Shown here: positions 51,342-64,000 of the stretch, in pieces
Layout of the letters: the number at the start of each line of letters is the position of its first letter
Position numbering within the stretch: position 1 is the first letter of the stretch
Source of the DNA: Adineta vaga
Taxonomy: Eukaryota; Animalia; Rotifera
Assembly (NCBI GenBank): GCA_021613535.1
Contig: CP075492.1
Location: 9,610,001-9,674,000, forward strand
Direction: 5' to 3'
Length of the DNA: 64,000 nucleotides
Program-made: the position numbers and the translations under genes
Notes under the pieces: model-generated
The model's database searches: none
Seen by the model: the letters and a program-made list of their open reading frames with translations, nothing else
What the model was told of the DNA's origin: nothing

Positions 51342-54300
51342 CTATACTTCAAATTCATCAGTCCATTCGACACTATTTCCAAGTATTTTCGTCACTTTAT
51401 TCCATTCACGTTCACGTTCATACTGTGGATCAAGATTAAAGCGTACTTTTGGTTTCAATGTATTCGATGTTTGTTGTTGTTGTTGTTGCTGCTGTTGAGA
51501 TGTTTGATCATCGGAATTATCTGATGTTTTATTATTTGTCATTTTCATAATTGAAGTTGGTTGAGTACGAATTCCTTCGGTGGGTGTTGTAATCAATGCG
51601 GAAAGTAAATCATCTTCTTGCATGACAAATATATCACGGTCATCGGTTGTCCAAAGATGACTTGTTTTATTTTCTTCTTCTTCTTTTTGTGATAATTCAA
51701 ATTCTTGTACCAGATCAATTTCTCCATTATCAGCACTATCATCTCCTTCGGAAGCATCATTAGCGGAACTTTCTTGTGTATCATCTTCTTCAGATATGAT
51801 TTGAGATTGTGAATTGATTGTATCACAATAAAAATCTGAACGTTTCTTTATGGGACTTTTCAATGATAAGGATTCATCTGTAGTTTGATCAACAGCTAAA
51901 ATGAAACGATAGATTTATTTTAGAAAGCAAACTTTGTTTTTAACATACATGTGGAATTTGAATTACTGTTATTGCCCGACTGTTCTGCAAATATCATGGA
52001 CGGAGTTGAAGACGATTTATCATAAAGATTCTCTTCGGAAATTTTTTGTGCTGATGATATTGGTTTGAGAGTGACTAATGGTTTTTGTAATTCTTTAACT
52101 TTAAATTCGTAGATAGAAAATTTTTCTGGCTGATTCATTGAAGATACACTATCATCTTCATCATCTTCATCACATGATGTTTCTGATAATGTATTCAATT
52201 GTTGTAAATCAAAATGTTTAACTTCAATATCAGGTGATGAGCCAACATTTGGAAAACATTCCGTATTGGTATAACAAGAAGATGATTTACTTGTCACATC
52301 CCAGAAATGTTCATCAATTGGTGATGACATTGGAAGAAAATCATCATCAACAAGAACACCGGATGGTTTGCTATTATCATCAAATTCTAAACTAGTTAAG
52401 CTACGTATAGATGTAAGAGTTGTTGTTGATGATGATGATGATGTTTCATGAATTGTTGAAATCAATGCAACTGGTCGAATAAGATCACGCTTTGTTGCTA
52501 ATGAATGAAAGTCCATGGAACGTGAATGTCCATTTACATCGACTTGATTTCGTTGTTTTGATAAAGGTAAAGTTGTATTTGAATGTGGAATATTAATTGG
52601 TGTCGAACGTTGATAATCATTTGTTTGATTAGTCGATAAATTCTATAAATAAATAAAAGATCTGTTTGTGAGAGAAAAAAAAATTCATTTTTTTTCTTTG
52701 TCGACATATTTACTAACATAATAATAACGTCTAGATAAATATACAAATAGTCAATGAATGGAATTGAGTTTGTTTACGAGAACAAGAAAAACAATGTTTT
52801 TATTTTGTGTCACAATGTCATTGAGATTATAGCAAAAATAGAACAATAACTTACAGTTATTGGTTGTAAAGATTTGCCATTCACCGGCTTGAACGTCTGT
52901 GAACGAAGAATTGGTTTGGGAGAAATTGTTTGATTAAATATATTCATATCGGAATAAGAACCATTCGTTAAAATATCTGCATTTAGTCGATCAATTAGTG
53001 AATTAGTTTCATCATCATCTTCATCAGTTGTATGAAGGTATTTAATCTGATTATAATCATCACGATGATTCGATGAATTTGTTATTAAATGACTGCATAC
53101 TTGATGATTACTTACACGCTCAATACTTTCGACAGGTGACGTCACTGTAGTTGTGCTTGAAGCACTATCATCAATGAAGCGAAAACGTTCAATTTTTTGC
53201 ATGAAAGCTTTTTGATAAGATGATAATATTGTTGATCCAATTGGTGTTATACTTGACGATTTTTTACGATAATGATGATTTTTCGATGAACTTGATTGAT
53301 ATGGTAGAAATGATGATCGATCACTACTATCTGAATCAACAGCACATGTTGGTGGAGAAATTGTTTTTATTGTCGTTGTGGTAGAATCAATTGTTGAACA
53401 AAATGCACGTGGTTGTTTAGCAAATGAATTTCGACGTAAGACCGATGTAAGTGTCGCTCGACGTCGAGATTTTAAATCGATACTATTGCCGTTACTATTC
53501 TCGCCGTCGGCATTCGTAGACGTCAATGAAGAACAAAGCGGATGTGAGTTCGAAGGACGTACGAGTGGTAACAGTGCATTGAGAGAATATTTACGAGTCG
53601 TATGATTTGATGAATTTTTAATAGTTGATATAAGTTCTGTTTTTAATAATGGTGTTTGATCGTCACACTAAATAAAGAGGAAAAAGAAAAAGAAAAGAAG
53701 TTAATCTGTTGTTTTTATGTCGTAGCTTTAAATTAATGAAAATATGATTAGGTTTTCCTTTTCTATTCTATAGATGAATACCTACCGCATCGTCTTCATT
53801 TGATCTCGTTATTTCATTTGGAGAGACTGATAATGGAAGTATTATGGATTCTCCTATTTCTGATGGAGTCAGTTTAGTTTCTATTTTAATTTCTGATATC
53901 TTCTCTTCTTTCTCTTCTTCAAGGAGAATTTCATTTTGAAATGAATTTTGCAAATGATCATGTTGCTCGAAGGAATGATTAGCATTGTTTCCTCTTGAAT
54001 AGTTGTTACTGCTGTGTACCACCACCGGTATTGACAATATTGGATCAGATGTCCTTGGAGCCACTTCAGATCGATGTAATGATTCTAGATCATTAATTTC
54101 ACTAGTAACTTTACGATTTTCAATAAGTTTCGTATGTTTATTTCGATTGGAATGATGACGCGAATGATTTCGTGCTGTAATACACGGTAAACAAAGTCTA
54201 CGAAGAGTTGGAGACGACAGTTTGATATGATTTCTTAGTGATAATCATGTACATAAAGAATAAGTTTCGAGCGAACTAAAGATTTGTGATGATACAATAT

Positions 54301-56352
54301 AAGCGGGAGTATCACGCAATGGAAAATCAGTCAATGTGATTGATTGTGAATAGAAAGAATTATTTGCGTATGTGTTTATAAAAGAGCGAAGGAGAAGCGA
54401 GAGTGGAAAAGAAAATAATAAACAATAACAGGTAGTTTATCTTAAATACAAGAAGAACAATGATGATGACGATGCTGATGCTGATGTTGCTGATGTGCGC
54501 GCAGACCAAACATGCCAATTGAGTCGACTACGCTTTGCTATTCTCTATTCGGCACGACGAACGGCGTTTTTTCATTAACATGACAGCAAGAGCCTTTTCT
54601 CGTCCTGCATGTTCTCTGTTCCATTTATGATATTTGTTTCTTGCGGCTAACAGAGTGAGCGAGCATAGTAACATACAACATCGTAGAGAAAGAAAGAGGA
54701 AGAATCTATGCAGGAAAACGACATGTTCTTTCTTTTTCCTCCGAGTTTGCTGAGTGACTACTCGCCGAGACGTCGTTCATATGCATTATCATCATCATCA
54801 TCAAAAATGGCTCTTCGGTTTTCTTTTCTTTCTAGTTCTAGGCGAAGCAGATAGATTCAATTTACATCAACGAAATCATAAGCCAACAGACTAAGTCTAT
54901 ATAGTGTGCATGCAACTGTGTTAATGTTATCTAAGATAAGAACACTAAAGCTTTTCCTTCGACTTTATGATTATGTTGCTGATGTCTATTTTTTGCAAAT
55001 GATATTTGATTCTTCAAAAAGAAATCGGATCTAAATCTGTCAAAAAGCCTTGAAAAATCATTCGTTTTTATTAGTAAAACAAAACTAATTTCGAAGAGTA
55101 TCAATGATATATCTATCTATCTGTCTATCTATATATATATATATATAAGATATTATAGAAGATTATAATACTGGTCCATAAATTGAATTTTGATAACTGA
55201 TAGGATAGAAATGAAAAGAATCGAAATGACGTTCTTTCAATGAATATGCGTAAATGAGTTTGCACACATAAAGGGTTACTTGCATGCATGCACAGGAAAT
55301 TGATTTTTTTGTCCCTAGACGAATTGGCAATGCTGTTGTATACGCACACACACACACACACACATTTCTATATAGATTCTTTTAAGCATCGATAGACAGA
55401 ACGATGAACAAAGTTCTCCATGGCATTTATCGATCATCACAGGAGATGTTTATATACAAAGCATATAGGTCGATAAATAGAGAACAAATTGTCCCTATTT
55501 ATGTTCATCTGTATATTCGATAAAAGACTGACAGTCTCGACATTTGTCTAATCGATCCAAACAATGTTTTGAACATGCTGATAATGAAATATTGATGATT
55601 TTGTTTTAAGGCAAGTAATAGTGAAATAAAATATTCACTGTCCTTGCCAACACAAAAAAAGCCGATTCTTACAGCCTCCAACGACATTCCACCTGTCATT
55701 TAATCAATGACATATAATAATTTCTAATGCTTCAAGTAAAATTTCATTTTCTATACAAATAATCTTATCTTATTCGCTTTAATTTTCTTATATTCGATAC
55801 GTATATATAGATATAGATAAATAAATAATTAGGATGCTAGAACTAGCAAGATAAACAAGTGTAAATGAGTATTTCAACAATTGATTGATTTTGTAATTAC
55901 AAATGACATATGTATGAAAAGGAATGCTTGTTTTTCTTGAAATGACGTTTTTTTTCGCTTTTTATCGTAATTATTTTTTTTTCACCAAAAATCGACAAAG
56001 AAGAAAAAAAATTATAAAGAAACTTACTCCACTAATGCCGATATTACAATCGGATTGTTGCTGAGAAACAGATTTTAAATCGTTGGATAAAATTGAAGCA
56101 GTAAATCTTTCTTGATTAGGACTAGTCGACGTGTCACAGGAGGAAGTGACATGCTGCTGCTGATGATGATGCTGATGGAAATCGTCTGTTCTGACTGTTG
56201 GATCAATAGATGAAGACGATGAAATAACGACAGCTGTTAATTTTGATGAATGATCACAAGCAGGAATACTTAGTCGTTTGCTTGGTAACGGTATATTCAA
56301 CTGTTCGTCCAAACGATTGCCTGGTGCACGAGTATATTTTTGAGTATAATAC
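51342..56352 (-). CDS. Large Ser/Thr/acidic low-complexity protein with C-terminal PP1-docking-like motifs; alternative 5' exons; 5' end uncertain
   Basis: In-phase exons ~53667-52855, ~52643-51949, ~51896-51342. Phase-0 donors at ~53785 and ~56026 both fit the 53667 acceptor. A further candidate exon lies at ~58242-58346. The C-terminus has SIMK...KPKVRFNL...EFEV*. No family recognised. Confidence 0.7.
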
Positions 56353-58833
56353 TGAAATAAAAAAATCACTATCATTAGAGAACTCATCGTTTTCTTTTTA
56401 TAATTGCACATAGACATATACTATCTTTAACTATCGTATTATAATAGTGTATTGTTTCGACGGAAGATGATGAAGAAAAGTAGGTGTATAGAAAAAAAAT
56501 ATCTATTCTTTTCCGTTTTTTTTCCCTTTCTTTTCTGTCATCAACTATGAAGTAAACATACCGATCCTAATTAACTAGTTATGTAATCATTCGATTTATC
56601 TTCTGAACGTATAGTAATGGAAAAAAAATTTGATTTCACTCCTATTGAACACTATATTGATTAAATAGAAAACTTGTCACTTAGTAGATTATTAGCTAGT
56701 GTATCAATACGCAGACATACGCACGTATGTATATGTGAGAAACGCCTTAAGGGTGTGAGAATGAAACATTTCTTTTGTCTCATTGTGATTGAATAATGGT
56801 AACATAGACGAGAGAAAGAAGAAAAAAAAAAGTATTTTAATATCATACCGTATTCTATAGACAATACTCTGTATACTAATTCTGACCAACACTGTTGTTT
56901 ACTATCGTGACAATTGTTCGCAATAGTATTGTAATTAGGGAATAGAAGTTTTTCTTCGTTTCGTTTCATACTTGATTATTTTCATGTAGGTAATAATTTA
57001 ACTTAGAGAAATATGCATGTTATAGTCAAGCTTACTTGTTCTTTTAAATATATATGTGTCTATAGAAGACACCCGAATGATAATATTAGGAGAGACATCA
57101 AGTCACGCAAATCCAGAATGGAACATGCTAAGTTCCTCACATATTTCTCTCAAAAATCTAGTGTATTGAATATCATAACTTCTACATATAAGAATTCGAA
57201 ACTATGAGAACTGATCAACTTTAACAGTTATATAAAGCAAATAAATCTAAATGATCTAACAGTACACATCATTTTTTTCTCTCTCTCTCTCTCTCACTCC
57301 TCTTTACTAGCCTACATCTTCACTCTTTCAGCTGATAATTACTACGAATATTTGTTTTTTTCTCTCTTATTCTCCGAAATAAAACAATTAGACTTCTATT
57401 CTTCGATAATAAAACTAAATATCAATGTGATTATTAATAGCCTCAAGTAAAATGATTTCACTGGACACTTGCTGATCTTCTATACTTACGAATCAATAGT
57501 CAATTTCTTTCTTTCTCTCTCCTTGAAATTGTCTGATCCTCCTAACGTTAGTGTTTTTGTTGAAACTAACTCCAGATACATTTGAGATAGGAAATCTATT
57601 CTTTTTCGGAAAATCATGTTGATAATAAGTAGTAAAAAGGAAATGGTAAAAAACGAAGAAAATCCATCATCTAACATAGACAACGAAGATGGATAGACAT
57701 ACGCTCATATTTATAGATAGTAATAAGCTTTGACGGAAGAAATAATTCATTCGTAAGATACGTTCTGACTCGTCAGCAAGCGCAAAAACTAATAAACAAT
57801 AATCACTTTTGATAAATGTCCATGTTAGAGAAAGAACTAATCGAATGCAAACGAGACTAACAAGATGACGAATGATTGAACAATATTCAATGCGATTTTC
57901 TACATTTCTTCTTCTATTGCCTACGTTCGGAAGTCTATGAATTGTCGCTTTCTAATGTCTGTCGTTCTCAATTTTTTCTTCTAATAATTTATTATGTGTT
58001 TTCTATGTTTGTTCTGTTTCTTTTTTTTAACGGCAATGTCGAATATAGATCGATGTCTCATTGCATTCTTTCTTAACTAAAAGCAATAGTTCTTGCTATT
58101 ATAAACGATTCTTAACACATCAAACAACGAAGTCATTCAATATGTTTGATTCACTGTTACTTTCTTTTTTTCTCTCCTTCTCTATTGGATCATTTATTAT
58201 GTCACAGTTATTTGCACACGAAATCATCTTTTGAATACATACTCCGACACTGCCACGTCTCGAACTTGGTTCATTATATTGTGCCGCACGAGAACGAATG
58301 ATATCCGTTTGTAAATTATCTTCTTCTTGATGTCGACATGCATTTCTAGAACAGAAAAGAAAACAAACACTTTTATTTAATAGAAAATTATTCTAATAAT
58401 TTAACTGATTTTGAATAATCATCTTTATGAACTTAGATACGATATGATTAAACAAATTTGACTTACATGTAATTACAAATGATTGATGCTATCTCCATTT
58501 CTTTCTTTCTTTTTTTATCAAATTCTCATCAATCTATTCGAAATTAGATGTTTATGCAATAAAAATACATGTATCTCATCGTGTTCATATGTCTCGACAT
58601 TAATCACAATTCATTTTCTTTCGTTGTCTCGTTGATAACAAAATATGAATAGACACATCTCGTTCAATTATGCGAATCTATATACTTACTTAAATCGAAA
58701 AATAGCAATGATTATCATTATAAAACTAATAATAAGAACAACGGTTAAAATAACTTTAATTTGAGTTTTTGTTAAATCTAAAAGAACAAAAGAAAATAAA
58801 CGAAATCAATCGTATAAAATGAAATGAATTTAC

Positions 58834-59095
58834 GCATTCCATTAGAAATGAGTGTTCGATGCATCTGATTCGTTGTCGAAATTATACGATCATCAGTAAG
58901 ATTAACATTCTTTGCGACAACACGTTTTGATAGTCGACGTTTGAAATAATCATTCACATACGATGTTGGTAAAATCAGCATTGCCTTTGTATCATTATTA
59001 TTATTATTATCGGATAGAGAACAAATTATTGGATTGATTAATGATAAGTTTTCGATAAGAAATAGAATGATTGTAAAGAAATGATTGATATTCAT
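58834..59095 (-). CDS. Possible first exon of a small secreted protein
   Basis: MNINHFFTIILFLIENLSLINPIICS resembles a signal peptide; basic sites KRR and KR follow; GT donor at ~58833. Downstream exon not established. Confidence 0.35.
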
Positions 59096-61715
59096 TTTCT
59101 TTAGAGAATACAATCATTTCTATTCAGGTAATTTCTGTTTTTATTCGATTATATCTGAATAAAAAAAGAAACTATGAAAATATTTGATTGTTTAACTTAT
59201 TTATAACAAGAAATAATGACAGCATTAAGATTAATCTTTCACAAGTTAGAAATAGAAAAGAATGTATCATCTATTCCGTTTTTGCTTGTGTGAAGAATAG
59301 AAGAAGGAGAAAAAAAAGGGATCATCTCATTGTCAAATTTATTCAGGCAATGCTCGTCGTCAACACAAATGATCCAATACATCACACATAGAAGAAAACA
59401 GTTATTTGAACTGTCAAATTTCATTACTATCATATCTCATACTATAGATTATCCAACTAGATAGAATATATTATCTTCTCTTTCTAACTTTATTCTATTA
59501 GTGTCGTCTTAAGTTATTAATTTTATACACATACATAATACTAACATGGACATTTTTGGCATTGATCAATGAGTACAAGACATTTGTCTTTCATTTTATA
59601 ATAAACTCTTTTACTAATATTTTAAATAGAGATTAATTACAGAACACACATGGTGGTAATTATAGTCGGCAACATTTCTTTTGTTCGTACTTCTATCTTG
59701 TCTCTTTTTTTTTCTATATAATAATTCATAAAAGAAAAGAGATTAATCTAACTATGCATGATTTTCTTAAAATTAATCGTCAAATTTAACTTGTACTTAC
59801 TTACATGAAAACGATGAATTTTATTTATGAGATTTGTTTGTCTAATTATTTTAAGATCATTTTTACAAGACAAACAAATACCACATATTCTCTTATGAGT
59901 ATTTCAATAATGCACGTTCTCGCATTTCTCTTTTCATTCACGTTAGAATGCATGGATGCATGAAGAGAAAAAGAGAAATGTATACGATGCTTAGAGAAAG
60001 AAAGTTAAGTTAATGCGCACGTTACTGCAACAAATGTTTTGTGGAAAAGATGTGAGAAAAAGAAAATAAAAGCCAACTCGTTAGAAAACATGAAGATACG
60101 ACTAACTAACTGACTATTCGACAGTTCACCGGCATACATGCCTTGAAGAGATATAAATAGAGAATGTCAATGGAACCAATATTGTGTAGGGTTTCTTTTC
60201 TTTTCTCTCTTTTGAATATAGTATTTAGCAACAAAATATGTATTGACATTAATCAATACGAATGAAGAGAGCGAAAAAAGAAGAAAGAGGAAATGCGGTG
60301 TACTGACTTATATCTTGGAAAAACTAAATCAATTAGAAACTTAATAAATTTTCAAAGGATTTCAGCAGATGTTACCGACCTTGATATGTTAGCAGATGGA
60401 ATTGATATCTTTGAATAAACATCCGTTTAATTCCAATATATACTGACAATTTTTGATGGATTATCTTTAAAAAGTCATGCTACTATTTATGTGTTAAAAT
60501 TTAGACTTAATAAAACATATGTATCAAAATATATTCAGTGTTATTTTATGTCATGAATTATTAAATGTACTTTTCAATTGTAAGAATCTTGTCTACATTT
60601 AGATAATTGATTGTCAGAATAGAAATTAGGAATGTTTCCTCGGTTTCTCTAGTCTAGTCATCATTAATTCAATATTTCACTATAGAGGTCGTGAATGACT
60701 ACCGCTCAAATCATTTCTTGTTAATTCCTTTTTGATTAATAAATACTCACCGTTTTCTACATGAGAAAAAGAGAGATAGAACTTTGTAGTAAACTATAAT
60801 CAAATGATGATCGTGTCATAATGTCTATACTTATGTGAGAAGGCAATGATTATGTCGAGAGGAAATAAAGAAAAAGAATATAGTTCTTTTCTTAAAACCA
60901 AAATAGATAGTAAGGGTACAGTGTAGATTTTTCTATTGAAGAAAACTTGTTAATCAAAGATAAGAAAAAGTTTGCTTTGATTGGAAGAGAATTCATTCTT
61001 GTCTTTGTCCTTCTAATGAAACTACTCAGATAGTCGTTTCTTTCCACTCATATTCTTAATTTACCAAATTTATATAATTTAATCAAACTTGTAGACATCT
61101 TTGTTTCGTATTGTTCTATACAAGTTAGAAGAAGAAAACAAAACGTGTGTTTTAACAATGGATTATTGTTGAATACAGTGAGTTAAGTTCTTTTAATATG
61201 TTATAGGGATCGTTTTTTCGTAAAGATAGAAAATAAAACTTATTTTCTGACAATATAATATTAAGAATCTATAAATGACTTTGATAATTACATATTCACG
61301 ATCAATCAAACCTGTTTATCTGAAATGTTAAGATTGTCCTTGTAAAGTTTATACATGAATAATTCTAGTCAAATTATTGTTGTCCCTTCAGCATTATTTT
61401 GAAGATCATCAACCACGAAGGTGAGGACAAACTTACACGATGTTTCAAGTTTAATGTCGATTGAATACATTCCAATTAGTTTATCCTGTTTTCATGTCAT
61501 CCTTACTCAAAATAGAATTGATTCATAATTGTTGTTTTATATGTGAAAATCAACTATTATAGTAAATAAAATCTTGAAATTTATTTGAAGAAAAGAAAGA
61601 TCAAGTATCGCTGATATCCGATAACATAATTTTCTGTTATTTCATATAAAAAAGAAGTTACATAGTAGAAAATTGACTTAAAAAAATATCGTTTATGAAG
61701 TTTATAATGTCTCTT

Positions 61716-63248
61716 TCAACACGATGTTTCTTTGCCTAAAGAAATGTATATAAAAACACTGAGATAGAAATCAACCATTCATTTTTTACTACCATTAATT
61801 CCACCATGACTATATTTCGTACTGCCTGATCTTCCTTGTGTGGATGATGAATTCACTAAAAAATCTAAATATAAAATATGATATATTATAAATGAAAAAG
61901 AGAAATATTTAGAAATACTTGATGGCGATGAGTTTGAAGAATAAGCATTTGAATTAGTTACATAATCGTCCTTTTTAATTATTGTCTTTCCACTTTGACA
62001 GGAATGAGAATCATATGGCGTGTTTGATGATCGCGAACTAGCAAAAGTCTATAACATATAAATACGAATGAATACTTTAAAAGAGACAACAAGGTGACAT
62101 ACAGAACTTGCTTGATTTCTTGGAAGACGCCGTAGATAAGAATACGCATCATCAAAAGTTCGATGTTGTTGAATTAAATCTCGAAGTTCTTGATCATTAT
62201 CTGATTGATAATGTGTTAAACGAATAGCTTGCACTTGGTCGTGTGCATTATCAAACGTATAGCCTGTCAAATTCTTAACCAAACGGTGAGCCTCACTATA
62301 AAACATTCGATCGGCACGCTGTAGGAAAAAAGCAAATGGAATTTATCATTCACATGTAAGGAGATTTGGTCGCATAGGCGACATTTATTTGAAAAAATTC
62401 TGATAGTTTTTCTCGATACAAAAGGATTGTATCTAACTTACATTGATTTCTTTATCATCGAAGTTGAGGACGGCATGAAATAGATTCGGTGATTGTTTCC
62501 GTTTCAAATCTCTTTTGAGATTTTCTAAAGATGATGGATTTATGAATAATGATTTACCAGATGAATTATCTTTGTTGAATTTTTCTGTTAAAATCGTTTT
62601 AAATTTGCAAGAATCATCACCATAAGCCAAAGCTTGTTTCAAAACTTCATCGGAACAGTTTTTTAAATCGTCTGAAAGAGACCTTCTACATTCGTTTAAA
62701 TCATTGTTTGTTAGGCGTTGATTCGCTCGAATTTCGAAAACTTTCTTTTCAATGAAAGATTCGTCTATCTTTTGTGAGTTCGTTGGCTTCCCTATTATAT
62801 ACTATTTACATAAAATCCATTGAAATAGCATAAATCGTATATGAAAAAGTTGTGTTACTTTGAGTTCATTGATCACAGTTCTGGTATTCCTATCAGGACT
62901 TCGCGATGATTGCGGATCAGATGAAAATTGAGTTGGATTCTGTACACAAAGATATAAATATATATGTGTCAAATGTAAAACTTAATTATCATAGAAAAAT
63001 AATAGTATTTACTGTATGCATTTGTATTTTGTGTTGATAATTTGAAGTTGTTGATGAAGACCAATATTGTTGAGTACTGTAATTCTATAAAATCATTCAA
63101 AGTAAATAAAGCGCTGGAAAATCTTTATGAAACAAATATAGAATATAAGGATTGAAAAATGACTATTATTTCGACAGAAGCTGAATAGAGAACTACTATA
63201 AATGGTTGATCGTTGTTGTAAAGTCGACGTCCTAGAGTTTGTACTCAT
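61716..63248 (-). CDS. Hypothetical multi-exon protein (Ser-rich termini, helical core)
   Basis: About eight exons joined by GT-AG introns in consistent phase from ~63085 to stop TGA at 61718-61716 (includes ORFs 62433-62642 and 62049-62306). The join to the first exon (ATG 63248) is unresolved. No family recognised. Confidence 0.6.
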
Positions 63249-64000
63249 GATTTTTTGTTATCGATAGCTACAGTCAAAAGTAGATTGGTTTAGTCTTTCT
63301 ACAAATGAAGGATTTTATTTTATATAGAACAGTATCTATGTGTTAAATTTTAGCAAAAGAAAAGAAGCACATACTCCTGCAGGTGATGTTTATGATGGTT
63401 AATACCAATAAATTATTTCTTCAGAATATAGCTCACACGTTAGTAATATTGCTGTAAGTGACTTGTTTCTATTCTATAAGAAAACAAATAAAACAGAGCG
63501 TATAATGATGTATGGTGTATTAGGAAAGTTGATGAAAAAAGAATGACGATATATGAACATCTACAAGTAAGAAACACAGTTATCACAAATGTGCTTATGT
63601 TAAATATTTGAAATAAAAAAACAAAACAAATAAAAAGGCAAATTCTCGGTTAAATAAATTGCTCGTTTTTCTTCGAAAATAAATCATCTTGTAAGAAACG
63701 TGAGTTCTCATTTGTTATTGTCGTATTCTCGGTATTTGTTTTGGTTTTCCCAAATACTGTTTTAAATTTTGTTCAGCGAGCTAGAAACAAAAACAAACAT
63801 TCAATTTGATAATAGACAAAATAACTCAATATTTTTTTTCACATACGACAATTAACGCGTCATGTGTTGCTTTAGCTGGAACAGGAACCGATGCATTGAC
63901 AAGTCGTTGACGTAGACTATTGTCATCATACAATTCCCTATTGAGTTTTCATAAATAGAAACTTTATATATCTTAAATTCGTTTTACCATGGTTCGATTT

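Noticed and set aside
1-64000. CRISPR arrays, rRNA, tRNA, prokaryotic operons or defence systems
   Set aside because: None seen. The window is intron-rich eukaryotic DNA with no regularly spaced repeat-spacer arrays or recognisable structural RNA genes.

Overview
This is AT-rich eukaryotic (animal) genomic DNA, not prokaryotic. It is gene-dense and full of very short (about 45-65 nt) spliceosomal introns, so the ORF track shows only exon fragments. Composition, intron size and an apparently foreign gene suggest a bdelloid rotifer (Rotaria/Adineta-like); this is an inference. Gene order: 3' ~two-thirds of a ryanodine receptor (+, to 16152); a GC-rich solo-LTR-like insert; claudin/PMP22-like 4TM gene; membrane-anchored JmjC/cupin gene; signal peptide peptidase; a type II membrane fibrinogen-domain gene absent from the ORF track; FRA10AC1; innexin; Na+/Ca2+ exchanger; two genes with intronless CDS and signal peptides (an orphan and an App1-type phosphatidate phosphatase, a horizontal-transfer candidate); ATG18/WIPI; NPL4; a decayed SLC7 transporter; adenylosuccinate synthetase; PEX14; a large disordered protein with PP1-docking motifs; and an unknown gene. 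Main findings: (1) tandemly duplicated, phase-incompatible (mutually exclusive) exons encoding the N-terminal half of the NCX Ca2+ sensor CBD1, whereas the well-known switch is in CBD2; (2) an NPL4->ATG18 intergenic region built like an operon intercistronic region, with a poly(A) signal, a U-rich tract and an unpaired splice acceptor; (3) a secreted App1-family phosphatase beside an intronless secreted orphan; (4) a frameshift or 25-nt micro-intron in the fibrinogen-domain gene; (5) a candidate CUG-initiated alternative first exon. Exon boundaries were read by eye and no database searches were run.
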